Of a stretch of DNA of 64,000 nucleotides, positions 46,498 to 54,760 are shown one piece after another. The stretch lies in sequence record OZ336094.1, one strand, 5' to 3'. Positions within the stretch are counted from its first letter, which is position 1, and every line of letters begins with the position of its first letter. The translations under genes were made by a program, and so were the position numbers. Origin of the DNA: a phage. The notes under the pieces were generated by a model. The model saw only the letters and a list, made by a program, of their open reading frames with translations. It ran no database searches and had not been told where the DNA came from.

Positions 46498-46770
46498 ATG
46501 GCATCATATAGCGCATCAATGATCGTAATGGGCATCACTGGTAAACCTATGCGCGGTGGCGGATCTTTCGCTAACATCAATATTGATGGGCGTTTATCCC
46601 TGGATGCAGCGATCACCGTGGCACGGGAAACATTTAAAAAAGAATGTAATTTCAATAAACAAGATTATCTCGGTTTCGCTATTGAAAAAACCGCGCGATT
46701 TGTGGATTATAAAAGCCCGAAAATGATCGACACTACACTAAAAGCGCAAGATGTAGCGTTTTTGCTTTAA
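46498..46770 (+). CDS. Hypothetical small protein, 90 aa
   Basis: Track ORF directly downstream of cassette. Confidence 0.5.
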   Translation: MASYSASMIVMGITGKPMRGGGSFANINIDGRLSLDAAITVARETFKKECNFNKQDYLGFAIEKTARFVDYKSPKMIDTTLKAQDVAFLL

Positions 46771-46773
46771 GTC

Positions 46774-46833
46774 TTGACACTGAAAAATAATTTGGTAATA
46801 TATACTCCATAAGGCGGGAAATGGTTTCCCGCC
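46774..46833 (+). promoter_or_regulatory. Promoter + 5' stem-loop cassette (TTGACA-N16-TAATAT; hairpin GGCGGGAAA-TGG-TTTCCCGCC)
   Basis: 9-bp perfect stem immediately after -10; ATG at 46859. Confidence 0.6.
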
Positions 46834-46858
46834 AGGCCATCAAAGAAAGGGTAACACA

Positions 46859-47221
46859 ATGAGCAAGCAAATCAATACTATCATGTTAAACCTGGTATCT
46901 TTCCGCGACGACGTGAAAAATCTTCCACGTGATGCAGTGGATGCACGGATCGAAAGCTATCGCTCACAGATCGCAACGCTACCGCTAAAACGTGATCAAC
47001 ATGCCGCTAATATGATGCTTAATGCTATGCTTAAAAAGATGATTCAATGTGATCTTACCCTGGCTTATGAATATGCTGGCGATCTCTTTGTAACATATAG
47101 CAAGCCCGTACCAGGTATGAGCACAACGGAAGAATTGCATGCCTTAAATCTGCGACAAGATGCATGGGATAACATGCGCCGTGTTATGGTATGGGTAGAA
47201 AGCGGTAAAATTTACGAATAA
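46859..47221 (+). CDS. Hypothetical small protein, 120 aa
   Basis: Track ORF downstream of cassette. Confidence 0.5.
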   Translation: MSKQINTIMLNLVSFRDDVKNLPRDAVDARIESYRSQIATLPLKRDQHAANMMLNAMLKKMIQCDLTLAYEYAGDLFVTYSKPVPGMSTTEELHALNLRQDAWDNMRRVMVWVESGKIYE

Positions 47222-47227
47222 AAACGG

Positions 47228-47280
47228 TTGACATTGCACTAAAACCTGATAAGCTATCTTAAAGCGGGAATAGTTCCCGC
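47228..47280 (+). promoter_or_regulatory. Promoter + 5' stem-loop cassette (TTGACA; hairpin GCGGGAA-TAG-TTCCCGC)
   Basis: Cassette family member; ATG at 47300. Confidence 0.55.
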
Positions 47281-47299
47281 TTACATAGGATAAAACTTT

Positions 47300-47446
47300 A
47301 TGAAACAATATGTAATGAGTATTCACACCAAAAACGGCGCTACTGTTACGACTCCGGCACGGTTTGCACTTGTAAACCGTTGCAAGAGACTAAAACGAGA
47401 GCTAAAAAACAACCGTGCAACGGGCTTTAAACGCTGGGGAGGATAA
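47300..47446 (+). CDS. Hypothetical small basic protein, 48 aa
   Basis: Hand-translated MKQYVMSIHTKNGATVTTPARFALVNRCKRLKRELKNNRATGFKRWGG; downstream of cassette. Confidence 0.4.
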   Translation: MKQYVMSIHTKNGATVTTPARFALVNRCKRLKRELKNNRATGFKRWGG

Positions 47447-47448
47447 TC

Positions 47449-47709
47449 TTGTTTTTTCTAAAAGTTTTTGATAATGTGATCGCTTTTGAACATGCTGCAA
47501 CGTTCAACCTGGCGAGATACGCTATCAGGTTTAAAGATAATGTTTATCCCCGTGCTGGCGGCGGTTACACTATTTTTAATCATCGCAACGCGCAACTGAC
47601 TGATATAACTAATCCAGATCCGGGAGTGTATCGCATAGGCTGGCTACCGTCAAAAGACGCGGCAAGCATGTTTAAGGTATGTAAACTACTAACAGAAGAG
47701 GCAAATTAG
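47449..47709 (+). CDS. Hypothetical protein, 86 aa, probable TTG start
   Basis: Track ORF without in-frame ATG near start; RBS ggggagga upstream of TTG; uncertain. Confidence 0.3.
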   Translation: MFFLKVFDNVIAFEHAATFNLARYAIRFKDNVYPRAGGGYTIFNHRNAQLTDITNPDPGVYRIGWLPSKDAASMFKVCKLLTEEAN

Positions 47710-47710
47710 C

Positions 47711-48265
47711 ATGGGGCGTGAGTATGTGATCCAGTCCTGGGTAAAGCATGACGCTAATGATCCGCGCATAATACCAGATGACATGATCGATCACATGGTA
47801 GGGTATAGCGGGGAGCAGATAGGAAATCGAGCGGCAAAGAGCAACGGCAACACAAAGGCGCGATCTGTTCGCCCTGGTTGGCTGGCAAATGGTAACGCTG
47901 ACATTGCAAGCGCCGCAGATCCAAGCGATGACGCTAAAAATAATCCCTTATACAGCATTGATCCGGCTTTTAAGGTGTTAGAAGAATATCCCGCTAAATT
48001 AGCCGCACTAGATAAAGCATACGAAGAAAAACGCATGGCATGGACGGTATACAACACCGCTAAAATGGTGCTAGATGCAAAATTGATTAAAGCCCAGGAG
48101 AAGATCAATAAACTTGTTGCAGTAGCGCAAGAGGAAGACCAGGACGACCAGGAGGAAGAGGAAGAAATCATGCCTACCCTGGAAGAGGAAGAGATCCAGC
48201 CATACATGCCGACGGAAGAGGAAAAAAGACAAGCCCTAAAAAATTATGAAAATTGTCTTGTGTAA
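47711..48265 (+). CDS. Hypothetical protein with acidic C-terminal tail, 184 aa
   Basis: Track ORF; poly-Glu/Asp tract (EEDQDDQEEEEE). Confidence 0.5.
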   Translation: MGREYVIQSWVKHDANDPRIIPDDMIDHMVGYSGEQIGNRAAKSNGNTKARSVRPGWLANGNADIASAADPSDDAKNNPLYSIDPAFKVLEEYPAKLAALDKAYEEKRMAWTVYNTAKMVLDAKLIKAQEKINKLVAVAQEEDQDDQEEEEEIMPTLEEEEIQPYMPTEEEKRQALKNYENCLV

Positions 48266-48267
48266 GG

Positions 48268-48323
48268 CTTGACATATGCGAACAAGCCCCGTAATATGTA
48301 CCACATAAAGCGGGGCAACGCCC
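48268..48323 (+). promoter_or_regulatory. Promoter (TTGACA-N17-TAATAT) + short hairpin (GGGGC-AAC-GCCCC)
   Basis: Cassette variant; a second promoter TTGACA-N16-TATAAT lies at about 48346-48373. Confidence 0.5.
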
Positions 48324-48345
48324 CATAAGGTGAAATAAAAAATCA

Positions 48346-48373
48346 CTTGACACCTGAAATCAGTAAGCTATAA
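48346..48373 (+). promoter_or_regulatory. Sigma70 consensus promoter TTGACA-N16-TATAAT
   Basis: Exact -35 and -10 hexamers. Confidence 0.6.
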
Positions 48374-48411
48374 TGCTTATATAGATTGAAACATGACTAA
48401 GGAATAAAAGC

Positions 48412-48591
48412 ATGGCTATTATTGCAAAGACTGAGATCGTAGGTTTAGATTCTATCATCCTGGCATATGAGGAAGCTATAGAAATGTATGTGGTTTCCTA
48501 TGGTGATTATATCCGTGAATATAAATCTATTGATCTAGCTTTTGAATGCTATATTCGCCAGGTCAATAAAGCATATGATGATTATCGTTAA
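48412..48591 (+). CDS. Hypothetical small protein, 59 aa
   Basis: Hand-translated MAIIAKTEIVGLDSIILAYEEAIEMYVVSYGDYIREYKS...; downstream of consensus promoter. Confidence 0.45.
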   Translation: MAIIAKTEIVGLDSIILAYEEAIEMYVVSYGDYIREYKSIDLAFECYIRQVNKAYDDYR

Positions 48592-48610
48592 AAGTTTTAG
48601 TCTTGTGCTA

Positions 48611-48639
48611 TTGACAACGAACGATAGTACAAGCATAAT
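48611..48639 (+). promoter_or_regulatory. Sigma70-like promoter TTGACA-N17-CATAAT
   Basis: Exact -35; no hairpin in leader. Confidence 0.5.
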
Positions 48640-48686
48640 AACTTTTATCGGGAATACTCCTAACTAATCAAAAGAGATTAAAGACT

Positions 48687-49052
48687 ATGGCTAAAAATAT
48701 CAATGTTTCTGCTTATGCTACCCTGGCTAACACTGCTAAAATTGAACTATCCAGCATTGAAGCGGTACATATTAGCGCCCGTCGCTGGTTTCAAAAGTCT
48801 TATGGTAATACTTATTTCTCTTTGATGGTTGACGTTGAGATCGGCGGTAAACTGATTGAAGTCGTTAACGTTCCGTTTCAATATGGTTATGGTGATCATT
48901 TTGATACCGTTGCCCTAGAAGAGTTTAGCAAGGTTATCAACCTGGAAGGTAAAGAGTTTTCAAATTATGCATACCTTTCCCGTTTTTGCCGTGATAATGG
49001 GATCGCTGTATACAGTCATGCAAGCGATGTTAAACGTAAAAAAGATTTATAA
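48687..49052 (+). CDS. Hypothetical protein, 121 aa
   Basis: Track ORF. Confidence 0.5.
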   Translation: MAKNINVSAYATLANTAKIELSSIEAVHISARRWFQKSYGNTYFSLMVDVEIGGKLIEVVNVPFQYGYGDHFDTVALEEFSKVINLEGKEFSNYAYLSRFCRDNGIAVYSHASDVKRKKDL

Positions 49053-49058
49053 AAAGCA

Positions 49059-49116
49059 TTGACAGCACGAATAAAAAGCATATAATACTTATATCGAGAG
49101 CGGGAATAGTTCCCGC
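49059..49116 (+). promoter_or_regulatory. Promoter + 5' stem-loop cassette (TTGACA-N16-TATAAT; hairpin GCGGGAA-TAG-TTCCCGC)
   Basis: Exact consensus hexamers; cassette family. Confidence 0.6.
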
Positions 49117-49140
49117 CTCACTGAAAAAGAGATTAACATC

Positions 49141-49380
49141 ATGGCTAAATCTAAAATGTTCTTAGGTCACAAAAACAAAACTCATTGGAATGTAAGCCTT
49201 TGGATCAACAACGATGAAGGTTTTTATAATCTTGCGCGTGAATTTATCGCAGCTAACACCAATAAGAATGACGCAGCGCGGGATATGATGTTATTTCTTG
49301 AAAGTATGGATCAAGATAAAACGCCAGACGGATTCAAGTTCAGTAAAACCGCGATCCGTGCCGCTATGGTTGGAATGTAA
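49141..49380 (+). CDS. Hypothetical small protein, 79 aa
   Basis: Track ORF downstream of cassette. Confidence 0.5.
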   Translation: MAKSKMFLGHKNKTHWNVSLWINNDEGFYNLAREFIAANTNKNDAARDMMLFLESMDQDKTPDGFKFSKTAIRAAMVGM

Positions 49381-49475
49381 AGGAGGTATAAAAATGAAAC
49401 ATCGTTCGACCTATCTCACAAAACGTTTTAGCTTAGATCATAAGTTAGGCTATTACGGAAGAAATAGAAAATAAT

Positions 49476-49535
49476 TTGACACTGTTTAAAATTCTGGTAT
49501 AGTTTATCACATAGGGCGGGAAATGGTTTCCCGCC
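49476..49535 (+). promoter_or_regulatory. Promoter + 5' stem-loop cassette (TTGACA-N16-TATAGT; hairpin GGCGGGAAA-TGG-TTTCCCGCC)
   Basis: Cassette family. Confidence 0.6.
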
Positions 49536-49557
49536 AAATCAAAGAAAGGTTATCATT

Positions 49558-49785
49558 ATGGCTATCGTTATTGTTCGCGTATCCGGTACGGTTGGAAGCT
49601 CCCAGGTAGTAGCAGTTATCACAGAGAAGAAAGGGGATGATCTTCACTCCTCCTTGAATAGCTGGGCGGTCGCTAACTTTGGGCAATGGTCGAGCGTTGA
49701 GTACATCGAATCCTACCAGGTGCCAACGATTAGCCTAACCGATCTAAATGTTGATCGCTTGTTGTGCCTGGATCAATTAAACTAA
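49558..49785 (+). CDS. Hypothetical small protein, 75 aa
   Basis: Track ORF downstream of cassette. Confidence 0.5.
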   Translation: MAIVIVRVSGTVGSSQVVAVITEKKGDDLHSSLNSWAVANFGQWSSVEYIESYQVPTISLTDLNVDRLLCLDQLN

Positions 49786-49793
49786 AAATAATA

Positions 49794-49849
49794 TTGACAA
49801 GATAACTAAAATCAGTAAAATGTAATGCATAGGGCGGCAATAGTGCCGC
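49794..49849 (+). promoter_or_regulatory. Promoter + 5' stem-loop cassette (TTGACA-N16-TAAAAT; hairpin GCGGCA-ATAG-TGCCGC)
   Basis: Cassette family. Confidence 0.55.
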
Positions 49850-49872
49850 TCCTAGTGAGAGAGATTATCAAG

Positions 49873-50088
49873 ATGGCTAATATCCGCACACTGTTAAAAA
49901 ATGCAAGTCAAGTTTTATTTTCAGATGACGAGTATTTCAACAAAGACATTACAGGCGTGAAAAATTTAAAAGACGTGAAGGATGTTATCGGTATCCGTGG
50001 ATCTTTACGTAAAGGTGACATATACGGTAACAAGGTGCAATATAAACTGTCAAAAGATTATGATTTTACTTTGACATTTATTTCATAA
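49873..50088 (+). CDS. Hypothetical small protein, 71 aa (start refined)
   Basis: Track ORF 49825 start lies inside the 5' hairpin; ATG at 49873 follows purine-rich RBS. Confidence 0.5.
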   Translation: MANIRTLLKNASQVLFSDDEYFNKDITGVKNLKDVKDVIGIRGSLRKGDIYGNKVQYKLSKDYDFTLTFIS

Positions 50089-50094
50089 AACCGC

Positions 50095-50155
50095 TTGCAA
50101 TACTGCAAAAATAAAGTAAACTGTATTCATCAAGGCGGTGGAATAGCCCACCGCC
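50095..50155 (+). promoter_or_regulatory. Promoter-like (TTGCAA-N16-TAAACT) + 5' stem-loop (GGCGGTGG-AATAGC-CCACCGCC)
   Basis: Cassette variant. Confidence 0.45.
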
Positions 50156-50178
50156 TAACAAAGAGAAGAGGAAACATC

Positions 50179-50349
50179 ATGATCACTTTCGCTACCCGTG
50201 AAGCCGCTCGCAACGTTGCACGTAAAGTTAACGCCGCCAACCTGGGCGCTACGCTTAAAGCCCCGGTAAAAGATGAATCAGGTAAATGGATCTTCCCTGG
50301 TCTGCGTCACGCTGATAAGCTGGGAACGTTAACGCTAAAAAATAAATAA
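50179..50349 (+). CDS. Hypothetical small protein, 56 aa (start refined)
   Basis: ATG at 50179 after RBS agaggaaac; track start at 50095 lies in promoter. Confidence 0.45.
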   Translation: MITFATREAARNVARKVNAANLGATLKAPVKDESGKWIFPGLRHADKLGTLTLKNK

Positions 50350-50356
50350 AATCCGC

Positions 50357-50415
50357 TTGACAGTAGCATCATTTATAAGTAAAGTAACAACAACGGCGGG
50401 AAATGGTTTCCCGCC
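50357..50415 (+). promoter_or_regulatory. Promoter + 5' stem-loop cassette (TTGACA-N17-TAAAGT; hairpin GGCGGGAAA-TGG-TTTCCCGCC)
   Basis: Cassette family. Confidence 0.6.
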
Positions 50416-50435
50416 ATCAATAAAGAGATAAGATC

Positions 50436-50795
50436 ATGAAATCAGTAAAAGCAATTAAAACTTACATTGTGTCGGCTATTTCTTTTGATGGTACTACAAC
50501 CGAAAAAGAAAAGATCACCGAACTGATGCGCCGTTTTAACTCTGAATACTGGTATCCCGATAATCAAAAACGTTACAATTATAACGTGATCAAGGCGATA
50601 GCCTCATGGTTACAAGGTTTACCGTCAGACATTAACATCGCCTTTGATTATAACGAGATTGATCATTTATTAATTGAATGGAAGTACATAAAAGAAACAA
50701 GCAAAGAAACAACCGTTACCCGTGAGCGGGAAAATTATTGGTTATATATTGCAAGCATGATCGTAATCCTGGCAAAACAGCATAACGTGGCGTAA
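50436..50795 (+). CDS. Hypothetical protein, 119 aa
   Basis: Track ORF downstream of cassette. Confidence 0.5.
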   Translation: MKSVKAIKTYIVSAISFDGTTTEKEKITELMRRFNSEYWYPDNQKRYNYNVIKAIASWLQGLPSDINIAFDYNEIDHLLIEWKYIKETSKETTVTRERENYWLYIASMIVILAKQHNVA

Positions 50796-50810
50796 TTAAG
50801 AGGAAGAAAC

Positions 50811-50948
50811 ATGAACGCATCACAGCAGATCGAAAAATTCAACCGCAGCAAGGCGCGTAAAGATTGGAACGAAGAGATCACCAAAAAAGGCGACAAGCGG
50901 AACAAAACAAAGAGAGATCGCAGCACAAAAAGATACTGGAACGAATAA
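50811..50948 (+). CDS. Hypothetical small basic protein, 45 aa
   Basis: Hand-translated MNASQQIEKFNRSKARKDWNEEITKKGDKRNK...; RBS agaggaag; followed by terminator. Confidence 0.35.
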   Translation: MNASQQIEKFNRSKARKDWNEEITKKGDKRNKTKRDRSTKRYWNE

Positions 50949-50949
50949 C

Positions 50950-50980
50950 AAAAAAGGGCGCAATAAGCGCCCTTTTAGCT
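50950..50980 (+). terminator. Intrinsic terminator (AGGGCGC-AATAA-GCGCCCT + T-run)
   Basis: Same stem as terminators at about 55167 and 56319. Confidence 0.6.
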
Positions 50981-51067
50981 TATATAGAGGCTTGTTACCC
51001 ATAGGCAATGGTAACGCCAGGATAAGCCTATAAATCAACGTTAGACGGCTTTACAGGAGCTTTAAAA

Positions 51068-51250
51068 ATGAAATTAGACGAAATAAGCAAGGCACTAGCC
51101 CAGGGGCAAAGGTTATGCGCCCGATATCGTGATCAATATGGCTTCATAACTAGCGGCGTGATCCTGGGGATTGAAGGCAATAAGATTTTTATTGACACGT
51201 TGAAAAACGTTGTATATAGTGACAATATAATCTCAATAAAACATATATGA
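51068..51250 (+). CDS. Hypothetical small protein, 60 aa
   Basis: Track ORF. Confidence 0.45.
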   Translation: MKLDEISKALAQGQRLCARYRDQYGFITSGVILGIEGNKIFIDTLKNVVYSDNIISIKHI

Positions 51251-51258
51251 GGCAAGAA

Positions 51259-51660
51259 ATGAAAAAATTATTGATCGCTGGTTTAATCTCTTTTGGCATG
51301 GTTGGAACATCTAGCGCGGCGATATCCTCCACAGTAGCAGAATTAAGCGCCGTTGATGCAATGGAAAACGTCATGCTTATTAATAATGCGATCCCCGATG
51401 AAATCATGGAGGATTCACACATGATCGCTTATGGTGCTGTTACACAACTAACGGCAAAAATAGATAAATCTATTGTTAACGGCTTAAATGAAGATGTGCC
51501 ATGTGAAATTATTACCAGTGTGCTGACTACTCAAAATTTTACGCCGTGGTTAAAAAGTATTCAAAAAGTACACAGTACAGCCGCAGATCGTAGCAATGAA
51601 AAACTAGTGTCAGCACTTGCAACGTATACCCTAGCAAAATGCACCGAGATAAAAGATTGA
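51259..51660 (+). CDS. Hypothetical secreted protein, 133 aa (start refined)
   Basis: Signal peptide MKKLLIAGLISFGMVGTSSAA; RBS tgaggcaag. Confidence 0.5.
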   Translation: MKKLLIAGLISFGMVGTSSAAISSTVAELSAVDAMENVMLINNAIPDEIMEDSHMIAYGAVTQLTAKIDKSIVNGLNEDVPCEIITSVLTTQNFTPWLKSIQKVHSTAADRSNEKLVSALATYTLAKCTEIKD

Positions 51661-51685
51661 CAACATAGAAAGCACGTTATAAGAT
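51657..51685 (+). promoter_or_regulatory. Sigma70-like promoter TTGACA-N17-TAAGAT
   Basis: Exact -35; RBS aaggag follows. Confidence 0.5.
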
Positions 51686-51707
51686 ACACACAACAAAGGA
51701 GAACTAC

Positions 51708-52010
51708 ATGAACGGCATAGCTAAAACGTTTTTTCTTTTTTCTGGTGTAAATGATCCATCAATAAAAGTCGATAGTGTAAAAGAAAACAATACTATCACC
51801 GCTAAATTGTTTCAAGATGAAACAAATAACGTGCTAATCATTAATCTTAAAGAAATAACGAAAGGTTATTATACTATTGCTTACCATGCAATCTATCGTG
51901 CTGGTACTAGTGAGGAAGTGCAAACAAGCAACAACGAAAGCGCGGCACTACCTGGTGATCTGGTGCTGGGCGTTATCAGTTTAATTGTCAATGATTTTTT
52001 TAAGGAGTAA
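51708..52010 (+). CDS. Hypothetical protein, 100 aa
   Basis: Track ORF; RBS aaggag. Confidence 0.5.
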   Translation: MNGIAKTFFLFSGVNDPSIKVDSVKENNTITAKLFQDETNNVLIINLKEITKGYYTIAYHAIYRAGTSEEVQTSNNESAALPGDLVLGVISLIVNDFFKE

Positions 52011-52014
52011 AACC

Positions 52015-52110
52015 ATGCCCTATTTACATTTATTTTTCGGTATCTTATTGACAGGATCTTTTTTCTTCTGTATGCTTGTTTCTATTGTAAACCACGTTTT
52101 AAGACATTAA
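52015..52110 (+). CDS. Hypothetical small hydrophobic peptide, 31 aa
   Basis: Hand-translated MPYLHLFFGILLTGSFFFCMLVSIVNHVLRH; RBS aaggag. Confidence 0.35.
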   Translation: MPYLHLFFGILLTGSFFFCMLVSIVNHVLRH

Positions 52111-52119
52111 GGAAACAGC

Positions 52120-52239
52120 ATGAAAATTATTCCCGTACAATATAGCGTAATAAATCCAGCATACGAGGAAGGAAGGAAAACAAGCATGGCTTTATGTTGT
52201 ATTGCTACTATAGCCATGTTGTTATACATTGTGTTTTAA
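52120..52239 (+). CDS. Hypothetical small peptide with hydrophobic C-terminus, 39 aa
   Basis: Hand-translated MKIIPVQYSVINPAYEEGRKTSMALCCIATIAMLLYIVF; RBS aaggaaa. Confidence 0.3.
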   Translation: MKIIPVQYSVINPAYEEGRKTSMALCCIATIAMLLYIVF

Positions 52240-52268
52240 TAGGTTTTATAGTTGTACGCTTTAAAGGC

Positions 52269-52296
52269 TTGACAATTTTTTGTTATGCTTTAAACT
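52269..52296 (+). promoter_or_regulatory. Sigma70-like promoter TTGACA-N16-TAAACT
   Basis: Exact -35. Confidence 0.5.
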
Positions 52297-52339
52297 ATAT
52301 CTTGAAAACGGCAAAGGCCGCAAACAAAAGGGTAAAATT

Positions 52340-52663
52340 ATGAAATCTGTGATCGGTGTTTATTTGGATAACTCTGATTTTTTCTATCATCGCGCGCGTT
52401 TACTTGATGCTATTGAAATGATAGAATCAGGCTTTAAAGAGTATCGCCTTGCACATGATGACCTGGAAGCATTACAGGGCAATAGTGTTTTTACATTGCA
52501 AGCGAAAGCACTATGCAAAAGCCGGATCGAGATTGCAAGTAAAAAGATACAACGCGGCATGTCCTGGTTGCGCACCGCAGAAATCAACATGGGGCAATGG
52601 TACGGCGAAAACTTAGAAAATAAACGCACTTTTGTAAATGTAGAAAATCTTAAAGATTATTGA
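52340..52663 (+). CDS. Hypothetical protein, 107 aa (start refined)
   Basis: ATG at 52340 after RBS aaaagggtaaaatt. Confidence 0.5.
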   Translation: MKSVIGVYLDNSDFFYHRARLLDAIEMIESGFKEYRLAHDDLEALQGNSVFTLQAKALCKSRIEIASKKIQRGMSWLRTAEINMGQWYGENLENKRTFVNVENLKDY

Positions 52664-52725
52664 TTGACAGCACACCTAACAGATAGTATATTGTATCTCA
52701 TAGAGCGGGGAAATGGTTTCCCCGC
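52664..52725 (+). promoter_or_regulatory. Promoter + 5' stem-loop cassette (TTGACA-N17-TATATT; hairpin GCGGGGAAA-TGG-TTTCCCCGC)
   Basis: Cassette family. Confidence 0.6.
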
Positions 52726-52745
52726 CTTAACAGAAGAGATAAGCT

Positions 52746-53030
52746 ATGAAGATCACAAAAGCACTTTCCAACTATGCAGCACGTCGCGGATTATGTTTAA
52801 CCGTTGAAAATTTAGGGAAAGAAGATTTTTTGTGCTTTTGGGAGCTTGAGAATGATAATGAGTGGATCTTCTCTTATTCTATCTGCGAAGATCAAAACGG
52901 TTGTTTATTAACCTGGCGCGGTAATATCTATCTACCGGAAGAAATCAAAGAAGAATTACCAGGCACGATCATGACTGAGAAACAGCTTAAGGAAGTGATC
53001 AATTTTGTAGGGCAAAACATTAAAAAATAA
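52746..53030 (+). CDS. Hypothetical protein, 94 aa
   Basis: Track ORF downstream of cassette. Confidence 0.5.
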   Translation: MKITKALSNYAARRGLCLTVENLGKEDFLCFWELENDNEWIFSYSICEDQNGCLLTWRGNIYLPEEIKEELPGTIMTEKQLKEVINFVGQNIKK

Positions 53031-53031
53031 T

Positions 53032-53091
53032 TTGACACTAGGCAAACAACGTAGTAAAGTTTATCACATAGGGCGGGAAATGGTTTCCCGC
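53032..53091 (+). promoter_or_regulatory. Promoter + 5' stem-loop cassette (TTGACA-N17-TAAAGT; hairpin GCGGGAAA-TGG-TTTCCCGC)
   Basis: Cassette family. Confidence 0.6.
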
Positions 53092-53114
53092 TCACAACAG
53101 AAGAGAAACAAATC

Positions 53115-53285
53115 ATGATCCCAACTATGTTTTATGTATCGCGCAAAGGTCACAATATTTTTTGGTCTGAAGATTTAAATGAAGCCATGACGTTTGCCCG
53201 TGATCGTGTTGCTATCGGTGGCGTTAACATTACTGTAACCGATGAAAACGGCATTGAATACTATAACGGCGACGATGAAGAGTAA
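53115..53285 (+). CDS. Hypothetical small protein, 56 aa
   Basis: Hand-translated MIPTMFYVSRKGHNIFWSEDLNEAMTFARDRVAIGG...; downstream of cassette. Confidence 0.45.
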   Translation: MIPTMFYVSRKGHNIFWSEDLNEAMTFARDRVAIGGVNITVTDENGIEYYNGDDEE

Positions 53286-53292
53286 TTAATAA

Positions 53293-53313
53293 GGCGGGGG
53301 AGTATTCCCCGCC
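53293..53313 (+). promoter_or_regulatory. 5' stem-loop of cassette type without recognisable -35 (GGCGGGGGA-GTA-TTCCCCGCC)
   Basis: Same hairpin family; may mark an RNA processing or stability site. Confidence 0.45.
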
Positions 53314-53332
53314 GTCAATAAAGAGGTAAATC

Positions 53333-53602
53333 ATGAAAATATCTTTGGACGTTGCAATCAAGGCCATTGAATCCGGTTACACCCTGGTAAAAGATGATAA
53401 GGCTAAAACCGTGCACCACGTTAACAAGGAAACAGGCGAAAGCATGATCACATATAAAACCGCCTATTTTCTCCAATCAGTAGCAGATCCGCGCGTACAA
53501 CGCCAGGTTACGGCGGCTATTGCTAAAAAATTATGTGCTTTACAGGGTACAAGTTTTAACGAGATCGCCCCGTGTTTTGACTGGTCGAGCTTGAAAAAAT
53601 AG
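53333..53602 (+). CDS. Hypothetical protein, 89 aa
   Basis: Track ORF. Confidence 0.5.
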   Translation: MKISLDVAIKAIESGYTLVKDDKAKTVHHVNKETGESMITYKTAYFLQSVADPRVQRQVTAAIAKKLCALQGTSFNEIAPCFDWSSLKK

Positions 53603-53603
53603 T

Positions 53604-53659
53604 TTGACAACAATTATAAATCGGGTAGAATGTATTTCGTAGGGCGGCAATAGTGCCGC
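53604..53659 (+). promoter_or_regulatory. Promoter + 5' stem-loop cassette (TTGACA-N16-TAGAAT; hairpin GCGGCA-ATAG-TGCCGC)
   Basis: Cassette family. Confidence 0.6.
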
Positions 53660-53682
53660 TCACAACTAAAAGAGAAATCAGC

Positions 53683-53877
53683 ATGGCGCTTAAAAAACTA
53701 ACAAGCAATACTCGTTGGGATGAAATCGACGGAGAAGTTTACATTTTCGCCCGTAAACCAGGTGATCAAAAATGGTCAAAGGCTTTTACTTGCCACCCTG
53801 CAACAATAGACCTGATAAAAAGGGAAGGTTTACGTGAAGCGGTAGCAAGAAGTTTACTGATCCCTTATAAAAAATAG
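53683..53877 (+). CDS. Hypothetical small protein, 64 aa (start refined)
   Basis: ATG at 53683; track start lies in hairpin. Confidence 0.5.
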   Translation: MALKKLTSNTRWDEIDGEVYIFARKPGDQKWSKAFTCHPATIDLIKREGLREAVARSLLIPYKK

Positions 53878-53878
53878 T

Positions 53879-53940
53879 TTGACAATACGCGGTTATCTGG
53901 TAAAGTGTACGACATAGGGCGGGGCAATAAGGCAACGCCC
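53879..53940 (+). promoter_or_regulatory. Promoter + 5' stem-loop cassette (TTGACA-N16-TAAAGT; hairpin GGGCG...CGCCC)
   Basis: Cassette family, divergent loop. Confidence 0.5.
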
Positions 53941-53958
53941 ATTAATGAGGGTAGAATC

Positions 53959-54063
53959 ATGTTAGAGAAAATTTTCACGGTTGTAATAGTTGGCCTGGCG
54001 TTATCGGTTGGATTGGTTGCAACTATGGCTAACATGATCCTATCTTCCCACGGTATTGGATAA
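53959..54063 (+). CDS. Hypothetical small membrane peptide, 34 aa
   Basis: Hand-translated MLEKIFTVVIVGLALSVGLVATMANMILSSHGIG; downstream of cassette. Confidence 0.4.
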   Translation: MLEKIFTVVIVGLALSVGLVATMANMILSSHGIG

Positions 54064-54073
54064 GGTGAATCAA

Positions 54074-54289
54074 ATGATCACGAATAAGACAGGTAAAACA
54101 GAATTTTTACGCGGCTTGCAAATAGGTAAACCTGAGATCTGGCATTGCACTAAATCCGCGCATAATGAAATGAAAGATTTTACCGCTACTTTACAACGTG
54201 TTAAAATATCTATCACGCAGAAAAAAGCCTTGTTAGTAGTAGAAAACGAGATACCGCAAACCATTATTATTGTCGAGCGTACAGCATGA
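54074..54289 (+). CDS. Hypothetical small protein, 71 aa (start refined)
   Basis: ATG at 54074; track start 54056 is TTG. Confidence 0.45.
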   Translation: MITNKTGKTEFLRGLQIGKPEIWHCTKSAHNEMKDFTATLQRVKISITQKKALLVVENEIPQTIIIVERTA

Positions 54290-54672
54290 AAACTGAAATC
54301 ATTATTGAAATCATCAACGGTTATAAAGAAGCCTTTATTTTTGCTGAATCAGCCAGGGATCATGAAGGCTATTTTATTGATAACTTAGACGATTATGATT
54401 TTTCAGATCAAGCCCATCAGCGGATCATTCATGACGTAGCGGCTTATTGTGATGCCAATGATGCTGCTATCTCTGAGGCAATGAGCGACGGCGCTACAGC
54501 AAACCAGATCGGGAATGATTTACATTTTACCCGTAACGGTCACGGCGTAGGCTTTTGGGATCGCCCTGAAATATACACTACTAACACCGCCAACCGCCTA
54601 ACAAATGCAGCTAAATTAATGCCATCGGTGCATGCTTACATTGGTGAAGATAATTTGATTTATATTGAATAA
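54286..54672 (+). CDS. Hypothetical acidic protein, 128 aa
   Basis: Track ORF; ATGA overlap with upstream gene. Confidence 0.5.
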   Translation: MKTEIIIEIINGYKEAFIFAESARDHEGYFIDNLDDYDFSDQAHQRIIHDVAAYCDANDAAISEAMSDGATANQIGNDLHFTRNGHGVGFWDRPEIYTTNTANRLTNAAKLMPSVHAYIGEDNLIYIE

Positions 54673-54678
54673 AAAGTA

Positions 54679-54737
54679 TTGACACCGATCCCCAATATGT
54701 TATTATTTACCACGTAGGCGGGAAATGGTTTCCCGCC
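54679..54737 (+). promoter_or_regulatory. Promoter + 5' stem-loop cassette (TTGACA-N16-TATTAT; hairpin GGCGGGAAA-TGG-TTTCCCGCC)
   Basis: Cassette family. Confidence 0.6.
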
Positions 54738-54760
54738 AGGTAATCAAAAAGGTAAATACT